Of a stretch of 64,000 bases of DNA, positions 1 through 11,770 are shown in pieces (within the stretch, counting starts at the first letter, position 1; each line of letters begins with the position of its first letter). The notes under the pieces are model-generated. The model ran no database searches, had not been told where the DNA came from, and saw only the letters and a program-made list of their open reading frames with translations. The DNA is from Pocillopora damicornis. Its lineage: Eukaryota. The stretch spans positions 682,001 to 746,000 of the forward strand of contig NW_020845558.1 in assembly GCF_003704095.1 (NCBI RefSeq). The letters are read 5' to 3'. A program made the position numbers and the translations under genes.

Positions 1-1
1 A

Positions 2-484
2 CTCCGCGCTGAAATAGCACGAGAAGCTAAGGAGCAAGATGAAGAAAATTTGCGTCCCGCATCAGAGCCAAGAATTCGACTACCCCATATATCTGCCACT
101 TCAGACGATTGGATGAGGCAAACAGAGGGGAAAAGTGAGGCATCATTGTCTGACTTTGGAACAGAAGGAGAGAAAGATTATTCTCGTCCCACCTCTGCTT
201 TAAGCGAATCTGCACTTCAACTAAGCTCCAGGGAGAAGGAAATCGTAGCGAATAAGCTCGCTCATAAGTATGACATGACTCGTGAACTGAGAAACACGAT
301 TCACGAACACATGATATCACGCTCGTACAGTTTCTCGTACTTCAATATAATACCTCCTTACAAGCGGAGAAAACCCAAGCCACAGAAAACTAAACAAGTT
401 TTCAATCGCCTGGTTTACGAGGATAAAATTGGAGTTATGGATTTCAGCAAGTCATACCCCAAAAAAGTTGTCTTAAGTGCGTGA
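2..484 (+). CDS. 3' end of an unidentified protein-coding gene (5'-truncated at window edge)
   Basis: The frame is open from position 2 (LRAEIAREAKEQDEENLRPASEP...KKVVLSA*) to TGA at 482-484. AATAAA follows at 674-679. No recognisable domain. Confidence 0.6.
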   Translation, partial: LRAEIAREAKEQDEENLRPASEPRIRLPHISATSDDWMRQTEGKSEASLSDFGTEGEKDYSRPTSALSESALQLSSREKEIVANKLAHKYDMTRELRNTIHEHMISRSYSFSYFNIIPPYKRRKPKPQKTKQVFNRLVYEDKIGVMDFSKSYPKKVVLSA

Positions 485-2427
485 AATTTTGGTTAAATGT
501 TGTACCTTCAACTCAACACATCTTCGCTTACTTCATGCACGCACGCTTTTGTTTCTTAAAATGATTCATTTCAATTACTGACAGGTGTTAAATGTAATAT
601 TATCGGAAATTTGAAACTTTAAACTGAAATTTTTTTATGTGACAAATTTATATCTAATGTGGCAATTCGTCGCAATAAAGATCTTTGGAATCTATTTTTC
701 AGAGAAAAGTGACTTTTACAATAAGAGTTTAAATTATCCGTAAGAATGGGGAAACGAAGTTAAGTCAATACAATCCATTGTAACTAGGCAACTTTATGGT
801 CTTGAAAATTACTGATCCCTTTGGTTCATTAGCAAGTGTTTGAGAACTAGAATACTCAATTTTAATGCTGTTTCAACTGAAAAAAAAACCAGACTATGAT
901 ATCACCAGGCATGCAAATAAAATTTAGACGTATATGAGCTATGAGTCTTAGGGTTAAGTTACTTTGGTACTTTTTTGCTTTCTTTTTTTCTTAACCTTTC
1001 ATATCACACAACGAAAAAGGAGAAATGCAAACATGATGCTATCTTTTTATAACTTAAAGCCCAAACGCTTTGGTCACGTATACAGCTGGTAATTAAGCTG
1101 TCAAAGGTGTTAGTTCAGAGGGTGTTTAAAATTGCGGCAAACATTAAAAAGACGGCGAATCGTGGACATACGTTTAACTGCATCCCAATTAATGCAAGAA
1201 TAGGCAAGACTTTGACGAGAATTAACATATATATTAAATGGCCACGGGGCGATATAAGACGAATAAATAGCCCTCAGTCTAAATTCTCAAAATCGAACAA
1301 GATATCTCGATTCTAGACCTCGAGTACTATAGTCTTGAGCAAGTCAAGAAAAATAAGAGCGGAGAGGAGCTCGAGAGGAGGGGAAATTATATTGACTGAT
1401 TTAGCTGTGAGAAGGACTNNNNNNNNNNNNNNNNNNNNNNNNNNNNNNNNNNNNNNNNNNNNNNNNNNNNNNNNNNNNNNNNNNNNNNNNNNNNNNNNNN
1501 NNNNNNNNNNNNNNNNNNNNNNNNNNNNNNNNNNNNNNNNNNNNNNNNNNNNNNNNNNNNNNNNNNNNNNNNNNNNNNNNNNNNNNNNNNNNNNNNNNNN
1601 NNNNNNNNNNNNNNNNNNNNNNNNNNNNNNNNNNNNNNNNNNNNNNNNNNNNNNNNNNNNNNNNNNNNNNNNNNNNNNNNNNNNNNNNNNNNNNNNNNNN
1701 NNNNNNNNNNNNNNNNNNNNNNNNNNNNNNNNNNNNNTTTGCTATCATGGCTCTAAAACCTAATATTATTAGCGGACGAAACCCTTTGGGAACGGACTGG
1801 CCAAAAATGTGCTTGAGCTGAAAGTATGAAGAAGTAAAAAACGTTTAAGGGAAACTGAAGCCAAAAATTTACTTCTGCTTAACTTCAGATACATAAAATA
1901 GTTTTGCAGTTATTTCCATTCACTTCTTGTTGTTCAACCTTGGGCTCAAAATGATCAGTAGTAGTAGAATGTGACGTCCGTGGTGGAGAAATGACATACT
2001 TCTCACTTGAAAAGGCCGCATATCAACGCTTATTAAGTGCAAACCTCACATTTATTGGTCTTCATTTTGCAAGTATTAATGGCATGCAGCCCTTTCAGTT
2101 TGAGCCGACAAATTGTCCAGCTGCGGGTGAAGAACCAGTCGAACAGTACCGTAAAGACAGGGCCATCAATTATGGTACAATTGCTCCTTGTCGTTAACTA
2201 GTTGATTAGATGTACTTAGGCGTACAGCAAGTGCTGCTACTAAATTATTACTGAGTATTAACCATAGGTGAAAGGCTACGCTCCTGTGGGGAACTTGGGT
2301 ACTAGCCTCACCCCCCAAAGAACACTGGGATACCCACATGTAGTGTCTGTCATCATATTTTTCTTCAGTTCCGTATTTTCTCTTGTATACTTTTGATTTC
2401 TTTATTTCTTCTACAACTACCGTTACC

Positions 2428-5400
2428 ATGGACGTGACACAGATAGCCAACGGTGGAACAGTTCCTATGCGAGACGCAGATGCGATCAAACTGTTCATAG
2501 GGCAGGTCCCGAGAACGTGGGATGCTAAAGATCTCAGGCCCTATTTCGAAAGCTATGGACAAATACACGAGCTCACGGTGTTACGAGACCGAATAACTAA
2601 AAGTCATAAAGGTAATCTGGATTTTGTATATTCCTCTTGAAAATTTTTGAGCAATTTCTCATGTCTTTTGTGTTGTAGGTTGTGCATTTCTAACATTTTG
2701 CTCCCGCGAAGCTGCTTTGAGCGCTCAAAAGGACTTACACGAGAAGAAAACTTTACCCGGGGTAAGCTTCGTAAGTACAGAATGTAGTTGTTGGTAAGGT
2801 TTTTGTCGGCAAATACCCATGGGGCCTGCATTAGTATCTATAGCTATTCTTTATGAATATAACTTTTTGTAGCGATAAGCTGCAGATCTATTGCTTGAAA
2901 AATAGACACTTGCCGACCTTCAATGCATCTGTTGCAACTTTATTTGATATTTAATAGTCTGTAACATTTCCGCCTTCTCTGTTTGCCGTTGGTGTACTGT
3001 AGAAACCACGTTTCTTCGGTAATTTTATGATTGAGTGTATTATTTGCATGCAGAAGTTAAATATGAGCTAAGTTATTAACGTGGTTCAATCTGCTTGTAA
3101 CTGAAGGGCATTTTCAAATGGAAGAAATACTACAACTTGATGCACTTTCTTATCTTTAAGTAATATTAATCCAATGTACAAGGAGGTTAGACTGTTTGTT
3201 TTTGTAACCTGTGAAATCGTTGGCTTAATTCTTGGCGCTTTCTCAGGTGTTACGTTGATAAAAAAAAGTGAATACCTGATTGAAAAGTTCTGAACGTGTG
3301 CAAGGGCACTTGACATGGTCTGATAAATTTTTGTTTCGGTTTGAGGCCTGCTACAAATTGGGGCTGAGCTCAATTAAATGTCATGAGTGCTGTAAACAAC
3401 TTTTAACTGTTAGTAAACCTTACCTTAGAATTAAACATTCAATAGCTGCAGGTTTTCCTCTTTAAGAACGTTTTTGATGATTGTTTTATTGAAAGTGACA
3501 AATTCGGGTAGTACGTAATGTTGAACTTAAAAATTGTTGATATAAGTGGATAATTTACATAAAATTTTTAACAGCTTGTTAGAAGGAGTGATGTAGTGGT
3601 TTGTTCTCCCTGAAAAATCCAGTCTTAAGGTTTTTTAAGTTTGTTATTGGCAATCAGTGTTCTTTCTGGTTCTTTCTTAAGTTGTGTTTTTTACTCAGGA
3701 GGTTCCGTTTGTGCAACAGGAAGAAAAGATGTTTTGTCTATTCTTTTGATAAATTATGTTAATTTTTGTGAGGTGTCTGTACCAGTTAAGATTCTTGAAT
3801 GATAGAAATGCATTTAAACTTAATATGTTTAAGGGGTTTGAGCAAAAAATTAATTTTGTAGTCTTTATGATGTTAACCACAGAGGAATCATGATTTGTCA
3901 CAAAATCAAGTGAAAAGTCATTTAGCCTGTGTCCACTTGTTTCAGGGAAGTTTCCAGAAGTTTTAACATCCAAACTGTTGTCCACTATGACAATGTGACA
4001 GAGATAGTTAAGAATTTTAATTTTTCTAATCCTCTAACTCCTGCGAGTGACCAAAATAGAATTGTGATATCTATACAATATCAAGCAGACAAGTTATGAG
4101 GGTAAGGAAAAATATCAATTATTAGGGGACTAGAAGTTGAGATCGTGGGAGTTGAAGGGTTGAATTAATTAAATGTTACTTGTATGGTGTTACCCTTGAA
4201 ACCTTACTAAGTTAAGATTCTTAGAGAAAGCCTCAGAGTTCCTTATAATTATTATGTCTGTTCTTGCAAATAAACTTTTGGTGTAGATTGGATAATTATG
4301 CCACGTTAATACAAGAGGTTTCTTTTTCCAACAGATGCAAAATGCAATGCAAGTTAAACCAGCAGAAAGTGAATCTAGATCTGGTAAGTTGGGTAAAGTT
4401 GCTGTGAGATATGAGCCAGGGCTGGCTTCATCTTGTACAGAAAATACCTGGAAATATGTCTTTTCCTATCTAAACTTAATTTACTGTACACGTGTGAATT
4501 GCTTTTACTCATGAGCACTGAAGTGAAAGTTCATAACCTTTTGACCCCTGACAGTGACTGGCATCAAATCTCTCCTTACAATTATTTTATCACCCCTGAA
4601 TAAAATCCTTGTCAAGAAAATTAAGGAATCGATCACTAACTGAAGAAGCTCTTGAGTTTTAAGAAAAATCTCAGTATCAGCACCTTAGGAAATGAATATA
4701 AAAAATATGAAGATTATGCACACAGATGTTAGGCAGCTTACTTCCTGATGCCTATTAACACCTCATCAGAAAAAAGGCAGCTAATTAGTGATTGTATAAA
4801 AGGACCTCTTGTTGCAGCATTTAGATCACCCCTGATGAAGGCACTCAGCAGGAGTGTCAAAATGTTGCGTCTATGAATTGTAACTTCTTCAGTTCCATTC
4901 ATTAGATCTGTAAACCAGAGTAGCATCAAACCATGTCTGATTGTCCACCTGGTTGCCATGTGAACTTTAATATATTTTAGATGTTAGGCTGTAAAGAGTT
5001 AAGAATGATATATTGTGGAAACATTTTCCATTTCCGGGAGTGAATGTAATCTTCTAGTTTTAATGGATCTAAACCTGTGATCAGGTAGCTTAGAACATTA
5101 AAATGCATTTTGATTACATTTGTAGAGTTATGCCATCATATATTGTTAATAATTTAAACATGACAAACAAAGTCATAGTTTCTATTAAAATTGAACCCTT
5201 GAACTCCCACGAGTGACAAAGACAGAATTTATCCTTACAATGTCAATACAATTCCAAGCAGACAAGTAATGAGGATGAAGGAAAATATCTATTAGTGGAT
5301 TATTAGTTGATCCAATACCAAATTCTCTAAACTAACATGATAAGAATTGTAAGGGGACGGTAAGGAGAAGAACTAATGAGACATTGGAAGCTATAGGGTT

Positions 5401-7652
5401 AAGGCTCTTTGATATGTCCTTACTTCTTTTTAGTTATGGTACTATTTTTTTTCATATAATGTCACATTAGTTTCCAGACTTTTTTTGGGAACTCTTTCAC
5501 AGGGATTATTTGATACCTAGTTTACTTTGATTAGTTTAAATCAATTGATGAACTACTCTGCAGAACATGTGTTGAAACTATTAATCCTTTGCTGCTAATA
5601 AGACTTTCTTACTTTTCTCTTTTCTTGTAGAGGATCGTAAACTTTTTATTGGTATGATATCTAAAAAAGCCACAGAGGATGACCTTCGAATGATGTTTTC
5701 TCCTTTTGGTACAATAGAGGAACTGACAATTTTAAGAGATAGTGATGGAAAGAGTAAAGGTGTGCTATCTGTGTTCTATGCTTTTCTTAGGAGGAGTAGT
5801 TAAAAAAACTTTTTCAGAATTTTTGATCTCTAAATTTAGTTATTTGCTAGCTGAAACTGGAATTGTTTCTCTAGGTTGTGCTTTCTTAAAGTTTCCAACC
5901 AGAATGCAAGCTCAAAATGCTATTGCAGAGATGCACAACAGTACCACCATGGAGGTTTGTCATTTGTATCCTATAGCAGTACTGAGAATAAATCAATGTG
6001 TATTCAGTGTGAAAGATTTCTCTGTGCAGTCTCCATTGCACCAAACCACTCAACAGCATCATCTTAACCCTTTGACCCCTAACACTGACTAACCTATAAA
6101 TTCTCCTAAGAGTACCACCCCCAGAATCGCATATTAGGAAATATGTAGAAAACAGTGAGGAGAACATGCAAAGGGTGTTGAGTGCCATTTCTTCAGATGT
6201 CCTTATTTCAGACATTGATTGCCCTTAATTACTTAAAGTAGTTTTCTTTTGTTTTTAGGGTTGTCCATCACCAATAGTTGTTAAGTTTGCTGACACAGAA
6301 AAAGAAAAACTTCAGAAGAAAATGCAGCAGATGGTTGCACTTCATGGTATGGGCATGAACCTTGGGATGGGAATTGGAATGGGACTTCCTTATTTCCAGC
6401 ATGCAAATTATAATGCAGCATGTCAGCAGGTGAGGAAGAACACCAATTGATATAGATAGAAGTCAACTGTATTAACAGTTTTGGTCAGCTGCGATACACA
6501 TTGAGGCTTCTGTTTATATCTTCACATGTGAAGATATATTGTTGTCAAGGTAATTTTTTCACCAATGTGGTAGTTTTAATTTTTTATGAAGGGTTTTTTA
6601 AAATATGTTAACATTACCTAAGTTGAATTCAACTTTAAAGAGAAATTTTGTTTGTACTGAAAACTTAATGAAGGAACATCTTTCTAAATGTTAACCTCAT
6701 ACTTTCCACAATTCCTTTTTTCATTCTCACAAAGGGCCAATGCTTTAAATATCAGCTCTGGAAACTCTTGACGTGAGCCAATTTACATTATCAACTTATT
6801 TGCTAAAACCAAAGTATCTTTTAGTACCCTCACTGATGCAACATCACAGTTTCTTTAAAAACTTACCCCTTTTGTTTTTGCTTAGGGAACTGACTATGAA
6901 ACTATAGATTAAGCATGTTGATAGCAGTAGGACAAAAAGGGAAATTAAATTATTTCTGAATTACATTCTACTTTTTGCTCAGTTGTAAATGTTAAACCCA
7001 CAAGGGACTGCACTTTGTCAGAAAATATACACAACTGGATTTAGTGTGTGAGGGGAAGTACAGGTGATAATTATTGATTGAAAATGCCATGGGTAATTTT
7101 ATTCGAAATTGTGGACTGGGAATTGACTTTTTTTCCAACATGGTGAAGTAGTGATGTTTAATTATTATCAGTTTCTTCAACAGCAGGCTGCCACTTTACC
7201 ATCAGGGACACTACCAACTGGCTTCAATGTCATTCCTGGTGTCACTGGACCAGGTAATTGTTAGAATTATGAATATTTCTTTCAATAATGTCTTGGTAAC
7301 ATTGCTATATTATTCATGTTATACTGTTATCAATTTGCAGTCCTTTTGTTCGACTTTGCTTGGATTAAAAGACATTTTCTTTACCGGTAATGACCTTGGT
7401 TCTTGACTGTTGTAGGTGTGGCTCCTGGGACCATGGGTGCCCTTGTAGCTGCCTCAGTCATTGCTGCACAACAACAACAGCATCAAGCAGTTCAACAGAC
7501 AGCAACATCACAAAATAACATAATAGGAGGCACAGGAGGTTTAGTGAACAGTAATGCTGTGTCTACAGGAGGTGCTACAAATACCTCTTCAATGATAGGA
7601 GTACAAGGTGTTCCAGGAGTCACTGGCATTGGTAAATATTGATAAAAATATA

Positions 7653-7684
<32 letters not shown>

Positions 7685-10088
7685 TTATACTACTGATAAT
7701 AATAATAATAATAATAATAAATGCTTGTATAACAACAACTATCCAATTCATGCTAGGTGATTTACAAAATTAAGGAACAAAAAGAAACTAAATCAATATT
7801 TTAAAAAAATTGAAGTTGCTATGAAAAAAACCTTTTTCAAATAATAGGTCTTCAGCTTAGATTTAAGAGTGTCTAAATTGTCACATGAGTGGATGTCATC
7901 AAGCAAAGTATTCCAGAGTTAGGGGGCAGAATAATCTAAGGCTTGAGACCTGTAGGACTTCAGATTAGCAGCATTTAGGTGTGCAGTTGTTTATACTTGT
8001 AGCAAATACCGCATCAATACTCTAAGTCCTTGAAAATACACTTGTTGTAGTCATAGGGGAGTCTCTTAGTTGGTTCAAAAGGTGACAGATTCCAGTTGAC
8101 ATTATGGCATGAAGATGACCAACAGTTTGGAGTTGAAATGTTGTAATCAACATGTGAAGCAACTACATTTTGAGACAAATGAACACAAGTCAATACAAAA
8201 AATTTCATTCCATCATTCATTTTAGGTATGAACATGCCTGGAATGGGTGTAGGAAATCTTGGTACTATGGGAGCTGCTGGTGCTCTCAGTATGGCTGGGA
8301 TTCCTGGCCTTGGTAACATGACTGGTGTCTCAAGTGTTGGTGGTAACATTCAGACTGGAGATGCACTCACTCAGGCATACTCTGGAATACAACAGTATAA
8401 TGGTAAGTAAGCATAGAGCATTTGCTCACTTTTAGCGGAACCCCACAATGTAAACCTTGCTCTGCTACCAGCATGGTTTTGAGTTTCATGGTTTGACTGA
8501 ACTTGACCTCCAGTATAGCAAATATATATGGCGAATCTTACTCTAAAACTAGTTAACAACTTCTGCACATGGTCGCTAAAGAAATTGTTTCAGAGTTCAC
8601 AGTCATGTGACATGAGATTACTCCTTTCAAATGTGCAGTAATGAAACAACCTTCCTTTACAGCAAGAGGTGACAAGTTTAAAGATAAGAGATTTAAGTGA
8701 TAATTGTAAGTTTGAGGTTTTTTGGACCAGACTGTGCCCAACACTCAGTAGTTTTACCACTAGCTTAAAATCTCAATTGATGTAGTTGGTCACATACAAA
8801 AACTGAAGATTGTGCTTAGTTATGTCTAATATTTTTTTCCTGCAGCACAATTTCCTGGTGTTTATGGTCAAACTATATTCCAACAGCAACAACTCCAAAG
8901 ACAACCCCAAAAGGAAGGTATGCACAATTTCCTATGAGTTACTGTGTATTTACACTAAAGTATAGTCAATGGGACTATTGGCTGCCTGTTACATTTCACA
9001 TGCCAATTACTTCTCTGCTAACTGTTCATTGTTTGCTGTTACTTAGGTCCTGAGGGAGCAAATTTATTTATTTATCACTTGCCTCAAGAGTTTACTGATG
9101 CTGACCTCATGCAGACATTTATGCCATTTGGCAATGTATTAAGTGCTAAAGTGTTTATAGATAAAAGCACAAACCTAAGCAAATGCTTTGGTAAGTTTTT
9201 GTACTTGCAATTAGGAATAAAGTTTTGCATGTGGTGCATTGCATTTTGTTGAACATTTGATCAACCAATTTGGTATAGCAAGAGATTAACTGTCTCAAAG
9301 TGCTTCTAAGGGGGAGTTTAAAAATTTTTGCCTCTTTCAAAAGTTCTTCTTACTTAAGTCACCATTACAAATCTTCAAGTTCTACAGGTAAGTAATATCT
9401 AGTTTAGAAAGGTTGAAATTTTGCTTTCTAATGGCATCATGTTGTGTGACATGGCATCAGTAATAAAAATAGTAGTTTAAAGATTTTAGTTATTCTGTCA
9501 ACTCTTTTGAATAGTAAAATATCACAAACAAATAATTTCAGCTCTTAGCACAAGTTTATGTAAACACTATGAGAAAGGGATTGGCATCTTTGAATCGTGA
9601 ACAATCTTACAAGTTACATTTTGTGTTTCTTGGCACAGAGTACTTTAACTAACATGTGTTTCTTTACAGCTGTCGGTTTTCGTATTTTGAGATAGATGTG
9701 TGTTAATGGTTCTTTTTGTTCCACCGGTTTTCCTTCTCCTTCTACCTGAGGTCAAAATATGCTTCCAAGTTGAACAAAACTAGGAAATGAAGCTTTGCAC
9801 GTGATAATTACTCTCAGTATTTAGATCTCTCCAATTCTACCCATTCACTTGGCCCACTAGGCCATCATTACACTAGCCATGCAAACTGGCACTAATGAGA
9901 CAACATTTCTCAATAGTTGTGCCTGGTTGTAAGCAGATATTTGCTCTTTCTGTATTGCAGGCTTTGTCAGTTATGATAACCCAGTCTCTGCTCAGAATGC
10001 CATTACATCCATGAATGGTTTTCAGATAGGGACAAAGAGACTTAAAGTTCAGCTTAAAAGACCAAAAGATGCAAATAGACCCTACTAA
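2428..10088 (+). CDS. CELF: CUGBP Elav-like family (CELF/Bruno-like) RNA-binding protein with 3 RRMs; 12 coding exons
   Basis: Exons assembled by hand with GT-AG ends and consistent phase: 2428-2611, 2679-2761, 4335-4383, 5631-5759, 5875-5954, 6259-6429, 7172(or 7184/7187)-7253, 7416-7631, 8226-8402, 8846-8917, 9047-9190, 9961-10088. RRM1: [12 protein letters not shown]...KGCAFLTF...[13 protein letters not shown]2: [12 protein letters not shown]...KGCAFLKF...[13 protein letters not shown]-rich linker. RRM3: [16 protein letters not shown]...SKCFGFVSYDN...[17 protein letters not shown]. Confidence 0.95.
4026..4163. mobile_element. Internally deleted MITE with piggyBac-like (TTAA-CCC...GGG-TTAA) ends, in a CELF intron
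   Basis: Shares blocks (gagtgac..agaatt, caagcagacaag, gaaaatatc) with the 5191-5402 copy; degenerate taatcctct...aagggttga termini. Confidence 0.6.
4534..5002. mobile_element. MITE (taacctttt...aaagagttaa) interrupted by a nested insertion
   Basis: Degenerate terminal inverted repeats. The body is split at a duplicated agatgttaggc (4724-4734 and 4979-4989). A related truncated copy lies at about 6063-6182. Confidence 0.6.
4735..4978 (+). mobile_element. 244-bp nested insertion with 11-bp TSD and a degenerate hammerhead-like motif (Penelope-like/retrozyme-type remnant)
   Basis: Flanked by the exact direct repeat agatgttaggc. Contains CTGATGA (4832-4838), the stem gcactc-agcag-gagtgt, and caaaa where cgaaa would be expected. 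Confidence 0.5.
5191..5402. mobile_element. MITE with piggyBac-like ends (tgaacccttg...atagggttaa)
   Basis: About 210 bp with inverted CCC/GGG termini next to (T)TAA; homologous to 4026-4163. Confidence 0.65.
6722..6870 (+). repeat. Degenerate interspersed repeat, same family as 60656-60748
   Basis: gaaactcttgacgtgagccaatttacattatcaacttatttgctaaaaccaaag matches the reverse complement of about 60660-60712 (gaaactctttacggtggccaatttattatcaactcagttgacaaaatcaaat). Confidence 0.55.
7650..7720. repeat. Interrupted (AAT)n microsatellite
   Basis: Two runs of aat repeats in CELF intron 8. Confidence 0.9.
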
Positions 10089-10094
10089 CCCCTG

Positions 10095-10197
10095 GTGAGT
10101 AAACTATGTTTATTATCATCTAATGCCATTTGTGCAAGCCTTGAGTGCCATAGTTTACTGACTAAAAAAATCACATTTTCATTCTTGTGTCATCCAG
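10095..10197 (+). other. Probable 3'UTR intron of CELF
   Basis: CTG|GTGAGT donor 6 nt after the TAA stop; actgactaa branch-like sequence; pyrimidine tract and CAG acceptor ending at 10197. Confidence 0.7.
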
Positions 10198-11716
10198 GCA
10201 GCTTTTAAATTTTACTTTGTGCTACCAAGACATCACTCAGAGGTCTGCCTCCAGTTTCAGGCAAAGTGCGTCTGTGTCAAGTTTTCATTCCCTTCCTCTC
10301 ATTACACATCATTACTTTCATAACTCATGCAAACCTTTTAATACTCAGTTGTTGCTAAAAAATGGGAGGACTGCCCTCATTGGAACACTTATGCTCATGA
10401 ACATTCCTTCAGCCTTAACTTGCAGAATTCTTGACTGTGCACTAGTATGGGGAGTTTTCCATTGAATCTTGTTAATCTGGAGATAGGAAAAATATTGCTA
10501 GTTCCTTGTTAATCTTACCTTCTGCGAAATGAAAGATTTCGAGCCCTTGATATGACTGACTATGAACAAAACTTAAGCCCTGGAAATAGATTAAGAGACT
10601 TAAACGTATAAAGAATTATAAATGGCTATTTAAGACAACTTTTTCAGTGAAAGAAGGTGATGTAGATATAAACAAAACCCAATTGTCACAAGGGGTAGGG
10701 AGATGTGTCCTTTTGTATTGTTAGAATTCAGGTTTCATGGGGGAAGCCACTTAAGTGCACAAAGCATCAATAATGTTTTTAGCTGTTAGTTGTAATCGTG
10801 GAGGAATCCACCTGTTAGGAAAGAGTGCAGAGGTTATGGCAGCAGGATAAAGAAACGGTCTGTGTCTATTGGACGCACCGTGGAACACATATGAATTCTT
10901 CCTTTGTGGGTGTTTATTTTGGTTGGAACTCATTGAAAAATGGGTTCTATTACTGCTGTATAAACACGTGCCAAAGAGCAGGGTCGCTTACTGTTCTTTG
11001 ACCAGTGTAACCAGTATGACTGAGTTTGGTTTGTATCCCAGAAGCCTGAAGTTTCCGCTAACGTGCAATGAAAAAATTCGGCGCAGGATTTCTTGGATTT
11101 CTAGATGAATGGTGAGAGTTATGACTGGCGAATTACTGACAATTAGAGCTCATTTCTGGCAGAAATATTGATGAGGACAGACTGTCGTAGAGTGTGCTGT
11201 GGTGGTAGTAATCATAGTCAAGTGCTTGTAGTAAATGTGTGTCATCGTGCAGCGCTTCTAACACGTTCCCTTGTCTTTGCCTCGCCTAGATCACGTGACT
11301 GTGTACGTTTGTTCTTCGTCTTGGCGGTGACCTTTGCGCATGTGCTTTTTGTGTACCACAGTTGGTGACGTCACTTGTGACGTTTATATATCGTCACTGT
11401 TGGTGTTGGGATTCAGTAATACGTCACTGTGAAGCAGTTAAACGTCGTTGTTGAATACGTAAAATCGGTGCATGTTAGTTAAGCGGTTTTGTTAACTAGT
11501 TTCCAGTCCAGTTGTGGCGTTATTTGTCATGTGACTTTTCATATTTTGTCAGGCGAGCTCACTGTTTACTATTTATAGAGCGCGTTTCGTGTTAATGGTT
11601 AATGTTATCGTCCAACTATGGGCTCTAGTGTGTTATCAGTGGTTGTGCAGGTTTTATAAAAACCTTGTATTGTCAGTGAGGTATAGATGGCGTTTGTACG
11701 AGCCTGACTTTTAAAT

Positions 11717-11770
11717 AATAAAAGAAATTCACCTTTAGAATCGCGGTTCTTCTGTGTTGTTTGTGTTTTT
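11717..11770 (+). terminator. Likely CELF polyadenylation signal and downstream GU-rich element
   Basis: AATAAA at 11717-11722, followed by tctgtgttgtttgtgtttttt at 11751-11771. Confidence 0.6.

Noticed and set aside
1335-1763. Long ORFs spanning N-runs (also 41635-42719 and 57666-58392)
   Set aside because: Artefacts of translating assembly gaps.
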